From: Lachnospiraceae bacterium
Lineage (GTDB): Bacteria; Bacillota; Clostridia; Lachnospirales; Lachnospiraceae
NCBI GenBank assembly: GCA_009774245.1
Contig: VSNM01000005.1
Coordinates: 21,445-85,444 of the forward strand
Reading direction: 5' to 3'
DNA: 64,000 nucleotides
Shown here: positions 41,011 to 49,624 of the stretch, piece by piece
Position numbering within the stretch: the stretch's first letter is position 1
Layout of the letters: each line of letters begins with the position of its first letter
Translations under genes and position numbers: made by a program
The notes under the pieces: generated by a model
What the model was told of the DNA's origin: nothing
The model's input: the letters and a program-made list of their open reading frames with translations, nothing else
Databases searched by the model: none

Positions 41011-42063
41011 TCAGGTTTTGCTGAACGTATGTACGGACAGCTTGCTGCGGTATTCGCTGGGAGAGCATTTCTTGTATATCCGGAACAGGCGGTTGAAGGT
41101 GGAGATGCTCGAGAATCCCACTCGCATCGCGATCTCCGTGATGGGAAGCTCCGCGTGCGGCAGCAGCTCCTCCGTCGCCTTGATGCGCCTGTAGTTGAGG
41201 TAGTCGCAGAAGGTATAGCCGGTGTAATCCTTAAACAGCCTGGAGAAATGAAATTTGCTGAATCCCATGAGCGACGCCATGTCCTCGAGCGTGAGCGGGT
41301 TCATATAATGCTCGTCGATGTAGGCCAGCAGATCGTTGAACTGCTTGGCGTATTCCCGCTGTCTCCCTGCCTGGATATCGGCGGTGGCAAGCCTGTCTGC
41401 GTAGCTGGCGCCTAGTCTGGCGAACATGGTCATCAGCAGGGAGTAGACGATGAGTTCGCTGTACAGGTTCCTGCGGAAATATTCGATCTGCATCTGCATC
41501 AGCAGGTCAAAAATGTCCGTGTAAAGCTCCGGGGCGTTATCCTTGTTCAGGAGAAACGGGGTGCAGAGCAGCGGCTGGATGCCGGCATAGTCTTTTAAAT
41601 GTGCCATGACACTGAGATCGAACAGGTAGACAAAGCGGACGCCGATCGAATCGGGAGGGGGATATACAGAGTGCAGTACACCTGGCGGTATGAAAAAGAT
41701 CTCCCCTGTCTGGATGCAGTGCGTGGTCTCATCTGTGGCAGCATAGTAGCAGTCATTGACAGGCAGTATGATCTCGAGTGAATTGTGCCAGTGGAGCGGG
41801 AAGATCGCCATCTGCTCATTGTACCAGATGCGCACGGTGGAGCTGTTGCGGTAGTTGACGATCTCGTGGTTCTTATTGATCATCGTGGATCCTGTGTAAT
41901 CGCTGTTTGCGCTGTGAAAATCAAATCCGCGGCCGTTGATCCGCTCGAGGTCAATGGGGCCGGCGTGCACGGTCTGGCTGTTTTTCTCGTGCCTGGCCTT
42001 CGTTTCTTTATTCATACTATTCATATTATTCACATTATTTACATTTATATCTGTACTTGTCAT
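41011..42063 (-). CDS. AraC family transcriptional regulator
   Basis: FPLHWHNSLEI; LTLEDMASLMGFSKFHFSRLFK; IAMRVGFSSISTFNRLF; start codon uncertain. Confidence 0.9.
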   Translation of the reverse strand: MTSTDINVNNVNNMNSMNKETKARHEKNSQTVHAGPIDLERINGRGFDFHSANSDYTGSTMINKNHEIVNYRNSSTVRIWYNEQMAIFPLHWHNSLEIILPVNDCYYAATDETTHCIQTGEIFFIPPGVLHSVYPPPDSIGVRFVYLFDLSVMAHLKDYAGIQPLLCTPFLLNKDNAPELYTDIFDLLMQMQIEYFRRNLYSELIVYSLLMTMFARLGASYADRLATADIQAGRQREYAKQFNDLLAYIDEHYMNPLTLEDMASLMGFSKFHFSRLFKDYTGYTFCDYLNYRRIKATEELLPHAELPITEIAMRVGFSSISTFNRLFRIYKKCSPSEYRSKLSVHTFSKT

Positions 42064-42555
42064 TTGCTTATCAGTCCTTTGTCGTGAGTTCCTAATTATT
42101 GCGTTTCCCTGATAGTTATTATAATCGAATCTTTAGCAAAATGAAAGAGGTTTTGTGAGGTTATTGCTGGAGAAAACTGGATATTCGCTGCTATGGGCGG
42201 CTCCTGAGCCGTGAATGGCAGCGATTCGGGAGTCATGAGCAAAATATGGGGAGTGTGGGAAAATCGTATAAAGCTGCAGCGCGAGGGCGGAAATGTGAGA
42301 GCAGTTTGCTTGATCTTGACGCTGCCTGCGCGAATGGAATTGTTATTTTGTAGGAAATACTGCGAATACGGCAATATAAATATACAGTGTGCACAAAAAA
42401 GCAACAGATGACTAGTCAATAGCAATGAATGGGAAGTGCAAATGAGTGATTAAGGCGTATTATATAATTACACTAAAAAATTGCTAAAACGCAGATGCTT
42501 TTTAGTCATTATTTGTAATTGTTCCCTAAAAAATACTGATTTTGTGGAGGAAAGT

Positions 42556-45525
42556 ATGAAGAGCCAAGGAAAGTCTGGAAAAAAGATTATTATTGCGGTT
42601 GCAGTCGCAGCGGTCATAGCGGTGATTGCTTTCCTTATGTCTCTGCGCGGTGTAGATGACTTCCATGAGAAGTACGCGGGCGCTGACCTGAACACGGATG
42701 TAGAAGGTATGCAGAGGGTAGGGACTTATACGGGATACCTGAATGACCATGCCGGTGCGGCGCATCCCGACCAGAGCGTGGCTGTGGATCTGTACGATTA
42801 TGAATCCGACGGCGGCGTGGAGGTGTATAACGACTATGAGGGAGAGGAGCAGGCGCTGTTTACGGACACGGATTCCAAAGTTACATGGAAGATAGACGTG
42901 CCGGAGGCGGGCTTCTACAACATTATTATGGAGTATCTGCTCCCGGAATCCAGGGGTGTTGCGGCGGAGCGCATTGTCTACCTGAATGGGGAGATTCCCT
43001 TCGAAGATGCAAGGAATATCTCGTTCACCAGGATCTGGACGGATGCGGGTGAACCGACCGTGGACAATCAGGGCAATGAGATCAGGCCGAGCCAGGTCGA
43101 GGCCCCCGGCTGGCAGAAAGCGTACTTCAGGGATGACATGGGATATATCACGGAGCCATATATGTTTTACCTGGAGAAGGGCGAGAATACGATCGGCCTT
43201 GAGGCTGAAAACGAACCGATGATACTGCGGAGCCTCGGGATTACCAGGGTGCAGGAGCTTGACACGTATCAGGAGTATATGGCGAAGTGTCCGGCGGATG
43301 CATCAACCGATACGGCGAAAAACTACATGACCCTGATCGAGGGCGAGGACTCCACCTACCGTTCCGAGTCATCACTCTATGCGAAGTATGACAGGTCTTC
43401 CCCGACTACCCAGCCGAACAGTGTGACAAAAACCGTGCTCAACTATGTGGGCGGTGAGGCCTGGAGAAGCTCCGGACAGTGGATTGAGTGGGAATTTGAG
43501 GTGCCGGAGGACGGATACTACAACATCATGGTAAAAGGACGTCAGAATTATTCGAGGGGCGTTGTGTCCAGCAGAAGCGTGTACATAGACGGTGAGATTC
43601 CGTTCAGGGAGCTGCAGGAGATTTCCTTTGCCTACAGCAATGACTGGGATTACAAGAATCTGGCTGCCGCGGACGGCACGCCGTACAATCTCTATCTGAC
43701 AAAGGGCGTCCATACCATCCGGCTGGAGGCGACACTGGGCGGCATCGGAAGCATCCTCGAGGAGCTGGAGGACTCTACCTTCAGGCTCAACCAGATTTAC
43801 AGAAAGGTGCTGGTGTACACGGGTGCGACTCCCGACCAGTACAGGGATTACTATATTGAGAGAAGCTATCCCGAGATCATAGAAGCGATGGATCTGGAAT
43901 CCAAGAGGCTTTTCAAGCTGGTAGATGACATGGTGGCGTACAGCGGACAGAAAGCGGACGGTATCGCCTCCGCGCAGACAGTGGCACAGCAGCTGGAGCG
44001 CTTCTGTGAAAAGCCGCAGAAGATCACGCTGGAGTTCACTACATTCAAGGACAATATCACCGCTCTGGGAACGGCGGCATTGAACCTGAGTGAGACGAAG
44101 CTTGACATTGATTATCTGGTAGTCAGCGGTGTCAATGTCAGACCGGAGGAGAAAAAGGCAAATGCAGCCATGAAGCTGCTGCACGAGATGAAATCCTTTG
44201 CGGCGTCCTTTGTGGTTGACTACAACGCGGTGGGTGATGTTTACGCGGAGGGCTCCGGCGAGGACATCGTCAAGGTGTGGGTGCTCACGGGACGTGACCA
44301 GGGTACGATCTTAAAGTCCATGGTGGACGATACCTTTACGCCGGAGAGCGGTGTCAAGGTCAATGTGGAAGTCGTTGACCCCAGTGCGCTGATGAACGCG
44401 GTTATGGCGGGAAGGGGGCCGAACGTGGTGCTTTCCGTGGCGGCGGACCAGCCTGTGAACTATGCGCTGCGAAATGCGGTCGAGGACCTCACGCAGTTTG
44501 ACGACTGGCAGGAGGTATTCTCCCACTATACAGAGAGTTCGTATGAACAGTATGGGCTTGACGGGCATATCTACGCGATACCGGAGACACAGACATTCAA
44601 CGTCATGTTTTACAGGAAGGACGTTCTCGAGGAGCTTGAGCTTGAGATTCCCAATACCTGGCAGGAGCTGATCGAGATGATGCCCACCATACAGGGAAAC
44701 AATCTCTCGATCGGAATACCGACGGCGGCGGGCAGCAGCACCAATGCGACGGCGACTACGGCAGTTGCTTCCAATGCGCCGGATCTGTCCCTGTACTTTA
44801 CGCTTCTGTTCCAGTACGGAGGAGACATGTACAATCAGGACGGGACAAAGACGGAGGTCGACGATGAACCGGGTGTGAAGGCGTTCAAGGACTACATCCG
44901 ATATTTCAACGATTACGGACTGCCTACGGTATATGATTTTGTGAGCCGTTTCCGTTCCGGAGAGATGCCCATAGGCATTGCGGCATACTCGACCTACAAC
45001 ACCCTGATGGTATCGGCACCGGAGATCAGGGGGCTTTGGGACTTTACGCTGATTCCCGGCACGGAGCGCACGGCCGCGGACGGAAGCACCTACATAGACC
45101 GTTCGGACTTTATCACCGGAAATGCGACGATGATGGTCGCTACCGAGAAGGAAAGCCTGCGGCAGGACTCATGGGAATTTATGAAATGGTGGGCGCAGCC
45201 TGAGACACAGGTGCGTTTCGGGCGCGAGATCGAGGCGCTGCTCGGTTCCTCGGCCCGCTACGCGACGGCGAACAAGGATGCGTTTGTACAGCTTTCGTGG
45301 AGCAATGATGATATCGCGGTGCTCGACGCACAGTGGGATCAGACCGTTGGAATACGCGAGGTGCCAGGAGGATACTTTACGGGACGTCACATCACCAACG
45401 CGATCAGGAAAGTCATCAACGAAAAGACGGATTCCAGGGAGACGATTATCGATTATGCTGTAACGATCAATGACGAGATCGAGAAGAAGCGGATTGAGTT
45501 CGGCTTGCCGGTAGTGGAAGAATAG
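42556..45525 (+). CDS. Very large sugar ABC solute-binding protein with N-terminal beta-sandwich (CBM-like) domains
   Basis: N-terminal TM without Cys; WKIDVPEAGFYNI and WEFEVPEDGYYNI repeats; SBP motifs YAIPETQTFNVMFYRKD, PNTWQEL, WEFMKWW. Confidence 0.88.
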   Translation: MKSQGKSGKKIIIAVAVAAVIAVIAFLMSLRGVDDFHEKYAGADLNTDVEGMQRVGTYTGYLNDHAGAAHPDQSVAVDLYDYESDGGVEVYNDYEGEEQALFTDTDSKVTWKIDVPEAGFYNIIMEYLLPESRGVAAERIVYLNGEIPFEDARNISFTRIWTDAGEPTVDNQGNEIRPSQVEAPGWQKAYFRDDMGYITEPYMFYLEKGENTIGLEAENEPMILRSLGITRVQELDTYQEYMAKCPADASTDTAKNYMTLIEGEDSTYRSESSLYAKYDRSSPTTQPNSVTKTVLNYVGGEAWRSSGQWIEWEFEVPEDGYYNIMVKGRQNYSRGVVSSRSVYIDGEIPFRELQEISFAYSNDWDYKNLAAADGTPYNLYLTKGVHTIRLEATLGGIGSILEELEDSTFRLNQIYRKVLVYTGATPDQYRDYYIERSYPEIIEAMDLESKRLFKLVDDMVAYSGQKADGIASAQTVAQQLERFCEKPQKITLEFTTFKDNITALGTAALNLSETKLDIDYLVVSGVNVRPEEKKANAAMKLLHEMKSFAASFVVDYNAVGDVYAEGSGEDIVKVWVLTGRDQGTILKSMVDDTFTPESGVKVNVEVVDPSALMNAVMAGRGPNVVLSVAADQPVNYALRNAVEDLTQFDDWQEVFSHYTESSYEQYGLDGHIYAIPETQTFNVMFYRKDVLEELELEIPNTWQELIEMMPTIQGNNLSIGIPTAAGSSTNATATTAVASNAPDLSLYFTLLFQYGGDMYNQDGTKTEVDDEPGVKAFKDYIRYFNDYGLPTVYDFVSRFRSGEMPIGIAAYSTYNTLMVSAPEIRGLWDFTLIPGTERTAADGSTYIDRSDFITGNATMMVATEKESLRQDSWEFMKWWAQPETQVRFGREIEALLGSSARYATANKDAFVQLSWSNDDIAVLDAQWDQTVGIREVPGGYFTGRHITNAIRKVINEKTDSRETIIDYAVTINDEIEKKRIEFGLPVVEE

Positions 45526-45536
45526 GGGCGTGAAAA

Positions 45537-46475
45537 ATGAAAGAATATCTGAATAAATTTTTTATCCTGCGGAAGCACAACATGCAGGTTGCGTGGAAGA
45601 AAGCGAAAAAGAGCAAGATGTGTTACCTGTTCCTTTTGCCCTATGCGCTGCTGTTTACGCTGTTCTTTGTGGCACCTGTAATAATTTCCATCTTTTATGG
45701 ATTTACTTACTATAACATATTGGAGAAGCCGAGGTTTATCGGCCTGCAGAATTATATCAGTCTGATCCTCGATGACGACATATTCCTCATCGGCATCAAG
45801 AATACCCTGATGATCGCTGTCATCACGGGTCCTCTGGGGTATATCATGTCCTTCCTGTTCGCGTGGCTGATCAACGAGCTTCCGCGGTGGGTGCGCAGTG
45901 TGGCGGTTGTCGTGTTCTACGCGCCGTCGATTGCGGGCAACTGTTACGTGATCTTCTCCGTATTCTTCCGGGGAGACGCGTATGGATATGTCAATGCTTT
46001 CCTGATGAACCTCGGCATCATCGACACGCCGGTGCTGTGGTTTATCAATCCGGACTACATGCTGCCGATCTGTATGCTTGTCATCCTGTGGATGAGTCTG
46101 GGCACCGGGTTCCTTTCGTTCGTGGCAGGTCTGCAGGGTGTAGACAGGTCGCAGTTTGAGGCAGGGTACATGGACGGCATCAAGAACCGCTGGCAGGAGC
46201 TGTGGTATATCACGCTCCCGAATATGCGCCCCATGCTGATGTTTGGTGCGGTTATGTCGATCACCCAGGCTTTCGGCGTCTGCGATGTCACCATGGCGCT
46301 CTGCGGATATCCGAGTACGGATTACGCGGCCCGCACGATCGTGACACATCTGTTCGACTACGGCTTCACCAGGTTTGAGATGGGTTATGCGTGTGCCATT
46401 GCGACCATTCTGTTCCTGATGATGATACTTTGTAACAAAGCAATCCAAAGTCTGTTGAGGAGAGTAGGAACCTGA
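45537..46475 (+). CDS. Carbohydrate ABC permease (MalF-like)
   Basis: FIGLQNY; AGLQGVDRSQFEAGYMDG; MGYACA. Confidence 0.92.
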   Translation: MKEYLNKFFILRKHNMQVAWKKAKKSKMCYLFLLPYALLFTLFFVAPVIISIFYGFTYYNILEKPRFIGLQNYISLILDDDIFLIGIKNTLMIAVITGPLGYIMSFLFAWLINELPRWVRSVAVVVFYAPSIAGNCYVIFSVFFRGDAYGYVNAFLMNLGIIDTPVLWFINPDYMLPICMLVILWMSLGTGFLSFVAGLQGVDRSQFEAGYMDGIKNRWQELWYITLPNMRPMLMFGAVMSITQAFGVCDVTMALCGYPSTDYAARTIVTHLFDYGFTRFEMGYACAIATILFLMMILCNKAIQSLLRRVGT

Positions 46476-46476
46476 T

Positions 46477-47388
46477 ATGAGCAAGAAGAACAAGAAAAAA
46501 GAGAAAGAAAATTTAGAACCTGTATACCGTAAAAAGCTGATCAAGAAGAGGAAGCCAAACCGGTCTGTCGTAGGAGATATTCTTCTGTATCTGTTCCTGC
46601 TGCTGGTGGCACTGGTGATGGCGTTTCCTCTGATCTATGCGGTGAGCAGCGCGCTGAAGCCTTTGGACGAATTGTTCAAGTTTCCGCCCAAGATTCTGGC
46701 GCAGAACCCCACGTTTGACAATTTCTCGGATCTGTTTGTGACTATGGGAAAATCGTGGGTGACGTTTTCAAGATACCTGTTTAATACAGTGTTTATCACG
46801 TTTGTCGGCACGTTCGGTCATCTGATCGTAGCCTCCATGGGAGCATTTGTGCTGGCGAAATATGATTTTCCGGGCAACCAGGCCTTCTTTAAGCTGGTTA
46901 CGGTGGCGATGATGTTCACCGGCTATGTGACGCAGATTCCGAACTATCTGATCTTAAACAAGCTCGGCTGGATCGACACATACTGGGCGATCATCATTCC
47001 GGGATTTGCCTCACCGATGGGATTGTTCCTCATGAAGCAGTTCATGGAGGGGCTTCCGACATCCCTGATCGAGGCGGCAAAGATTGACGGCGCAGGCGAG
47101 TGGAGAGTGTTCAGCAAGATCGTGATGCCCAACGTAAAGCCCGCGTGGATGACGCTGATCATCTTCTCAGTGCAGGGTCTGTGGAACAACAAGGCTGCCA
47201 CGTTCATCTACTCTGAGGAAAAGAAGACACTCGTGTATGCCATGCAGCAGATCCAGAGCGGCGGCATTGCAAGGACAGGGCAGGGTGCAGCAGTGCTGGT
47301 TGTCCTGATGATCGTCCCCATTGCGATCTTTGTATTCTCTGAGAGCCAGATCTTGGAGACGATGGCAAGCTCGGGTCTGAAGGATTAA
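46477..47388 (+). CDS. Carbohydrate ABC permease (MalG-like)
   Basis: FLMKQF..LPTSLIEAAKIDGA (EAA motif). Confidence 0.92.
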   Translation: MSKKNKKKEKENLEPVYRKKLIKKRKPNRSVVGDILLYLFLLLVALVMAFPLIYAVSSALKPLDELFKFPPKILAQNPTFDNFSDLFVTMGKSWVTFSRYLFNTVFITFVGTFGHLIVASMGAFVLAKYDFPGNQAFFKLVTVAMMFTGYVTQIPNYLILNKLGWIDTYWAIIIPGFASPMGLFLMKQFMEGLPTSLIEAAKIDGAGEWRVFSKIVMPNVKPAWMTLIIFSVQGLWNNKAATFIYSEEKKTLVYAMQQIQSGGIARTGQGAAVLVVLMIVPIAIFVFSESQILETMASSGLKD

Positions 47389-47406
47389 CAGGGAATGAGG
47401 TGGCCT

Positions 47407-48909
47407 ATGAAAAAGATAATCAAATCAATCGGCGCTTTGGCGCTGGGAGCGGTGGTCCTTGCGTCCTCTTCGATGAACGTCTGGGCTGAAGATAAAAGCT
47501 ATACATACAATTATGACTACTGGGGCGATGTGCAGGATTCACCGGATGTCTACTCGGTGACGGGCGTCTACACGGCACAGGCGTTCGGCCTGGATCTCAA
47601 TTTCCGAAGCCCCCAGGGAATGTTTGCGCAGGGGAATATGCTCTATATCTGCGATACCGGCAACAACCGGATCGTCCAGCTGGAGCGGACCGGAACAGAG
47701 CAGTTTGAGGTGGCGCGCATCTTTGACAGTATCCGGGGGGAAAAGGGGGAGGAAAAGCTCTCCGGCCCGACGGATATTGCCGTGTCGGAGGATGGGGACA
47801 TCTTCATCAGCGACAATGGAAATGCAAGGATCGTGAAGGTGGACAGTGACCTGAACTTCCTTCTCCAGTTCAATCTGCCGGTGGATTCCACTGTCAGTGC
47901 GGACAGCACGTTCCAGCCCTCCAAGATCGTGATCGACACGGCGGGGCGCGTGTACTGTATTGCCACCAGCATCAACCAGGGGTTGTGCAAGTACGAGGCG
48001 GACGGTACGTTCTCCGGGTTTGTCGGTGCCACGCCGGTTACATTCAACTGGATGGATTACATCTGGAAGAAGTTCGCGACACAGGAGCAGAGGGTGCGTA
48101 TGACCTCTTTTGTGCCCACGGCGTACGACAACATTTATATGGATCACGAAGGCTTTATCTACGCCTGTGCGGGCGGCATGGACGAGGAGGATCTGGACTC
48201 CGGCGCTGCGTCTGCGATCCGCAAGCTGAACCTGATGGGCAATGATATTCTGGTCCAGAACGGCGAGTTTCCCGCCTACGGCGACCTGTACTGGGGCGAG
48301 GGCGGCGGCTATGTAGGGCCGTCTTACTTTACGGATGTGACGGTATTTGAGAATGACATATATGTGTGCCTTGACAAGAATCGCGGTCGTCTCTTTGGAT
48401 ATGACGATCAGGGCAAGACGGTGTTCTGCTTTGGCGGCAATGGCAATATGGACGGGTATTTCCGGCAGCCGGCCGCGGTCGAGCACATGGGACACGATCT
48501 GCTGGTGCTGGATTCCCTGGACTGCAGCATAACGCTGTTTACCCCCACTGAGTTTGGCAGGCTGATCTACAGCGCGATCGACGATTTCGACCAGGGCAAT
48601 TACGAAGCGTCAGGGGAGAGCTGGAAGAAGGTCATGGAGCTGGATGGCAATTATGACCTGGCGTACATCGGCATCGGACGCTCGCTGCTGCGGCAGGAGA
48701 AGTATGAGGAAGCCATGGATTATTTTGAGTTGAAGTACGACGATGAGAATTATTCCAGGGCGTATAAGCAATACCGCAAGGAGTGGGTGGAGGAGCATAT
48801 CGTTGTGATCGTCATTGTGATTTTGGCGGCGTTCCTGATTCCGCTGTCGATCGGCAGGGTCAGGAAGATCAAGCACGAAATTGATATCGCAGATATCTTT
48901 AAGGCTTAG
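47407..48909 (+). CDS. Secreted NHL-repeat (beta-propeller) protein with TPR-like helices and C-terminal TM
   Basis: Signal peptide; LYICDTGNNRIV, PTDIAVSEDGDIFISDNGNARIV; AYIGIGRSLL..EKYEEAMDYF; TM IVVIVIVILAAFLI. Confidence 0.82.
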   Translation: MKKIIKSIGALALGAVVLASSSMNVWAEDKSYTYNYDYWGDVQDSPDVYSVTGVYTAQAFGLDLNFRSPQGMFAQGNMLYICDTGNNRIVQLERTGTEQFEVARIFDSIRGEKGEEKLSGPTDIAVSEDGDIFISDNGNARIVKVDSDLNFLLQFNLPVDSTVSADSTFQPSKIVIDTAGRVYCIATSINQGLCKYEADGTFSGFVGATPVTFNWMDYIWKKFATQEQRVRMTSFVPTAYDNIYMDHEGFIYACAGGMDEEDLDSGAASAIRKLNLMGNDILVQNGEFPAYGDLYWGEGGGYVGPSYFTDVTVFENDIYVCLDKNRGRLFGYDDQGKTVFCFGGNGNMDGYFRQPAAVEHMGHDLLVLDSLDCSITLFTPTEFGRLIYSAIDDFDQGNYEASGESWKKVMELDGNYDLAYIGIGRSLLRQEKYEEAMDYFELKYDDENYSRAYKQYRKEWVEEHIVVIVIVILAAFLIPLSIGRVRKIKHEIDIADIFKA

Positions 48910-48925
48910 ATAAATGGAGGTTGAT

Positions 48926-49582
48926 ATGATAGCTGCATTAAAAAACAAAGAAACCTATCGTAAATATATAGACAGCCTGCGGTTTGCACTGTACTGCATC
49001 ACCCATCCGCTGGACGGATTCTGGGATCTCACCCATGAGAAGCGCGGGACATATGCGGCGGCAAATACGATCCTGATTCTGACACTGCTCGTGAGGGTTA
49101 TGAAGCTGCGCTATACCAGTTTCATTTTCATGAGGGTGTACTGGGAGGGTATCAACATTTTCCTGTATATCGCCAGTGTGGCATTTCCTCTTGCCATGTT
49201 CGTGGTTGGGAACTGGGGGCTGACGACCCTGTTTGACGGCAAGGCGCGGCTTGGTCAGGTGTATATGGCAAGCTGCTATGCGTTGACTCCATATCCGCTG
49301 ATCCAGTTTCCGCTGATGGTTTTCAGCAATTTTGTCACGGTGGACGAGGCGGAATTTTATCTGGTAGTCAGTGCGCTTTCGCTGGTGTGGGCGGCTATGC
49401 TGTTCATCGCTGCCATGGGGCAGATCCACGAGTTTGGTCTGGCGAAGAATCTGCTGTTTATGGTGGCGAGCCTGTTTGCAATGCTGGTGATCGTGTTTAT
49501 CCTGCTGCTGTTTTTCAGTATGATTTCACAGGGCGTTGCGTACTTTATTTCCATTGGGAAGGAGATTATGTTCCGGTTTTAG
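48926..49582 (+). CDS. Yip1-family membrane protein
   Basis: HPLDGFWDL..EKRG, NWGLTTLFDG, about 5 TMs. Confidence 0.78.
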   Translation: MIAALKNKETYRKYIDSLRFALYCITHPLDGFWDLTHEKRGTYAAANTILILTLLVRVMKLRYTSFIFMRVYWEGINIFLYIASVAFPLAMFVVGNWGLTTLFDGKARLGQVYMASCYALTPYPLIQFPLMVFSNFVTVDEAEFYLVVSALSLVWAAMLFIAAMGQIHEFGLAKNLLFMVASLFAMLVIVFILLLFFSMISQGVAYFISIGKEIMFRF

Positions 49583-49624
49583 GATCAGGAAGGTTTCAGC
49601 CGGGACGAAAGGATGGGAGTGACC

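Noticed and set aside
42400..42425. AGCAA x2 at 21-bp spacing as an AraC site
   Set aside because: Plausible upstream of the ABC operon but too short to distinguish from chance.
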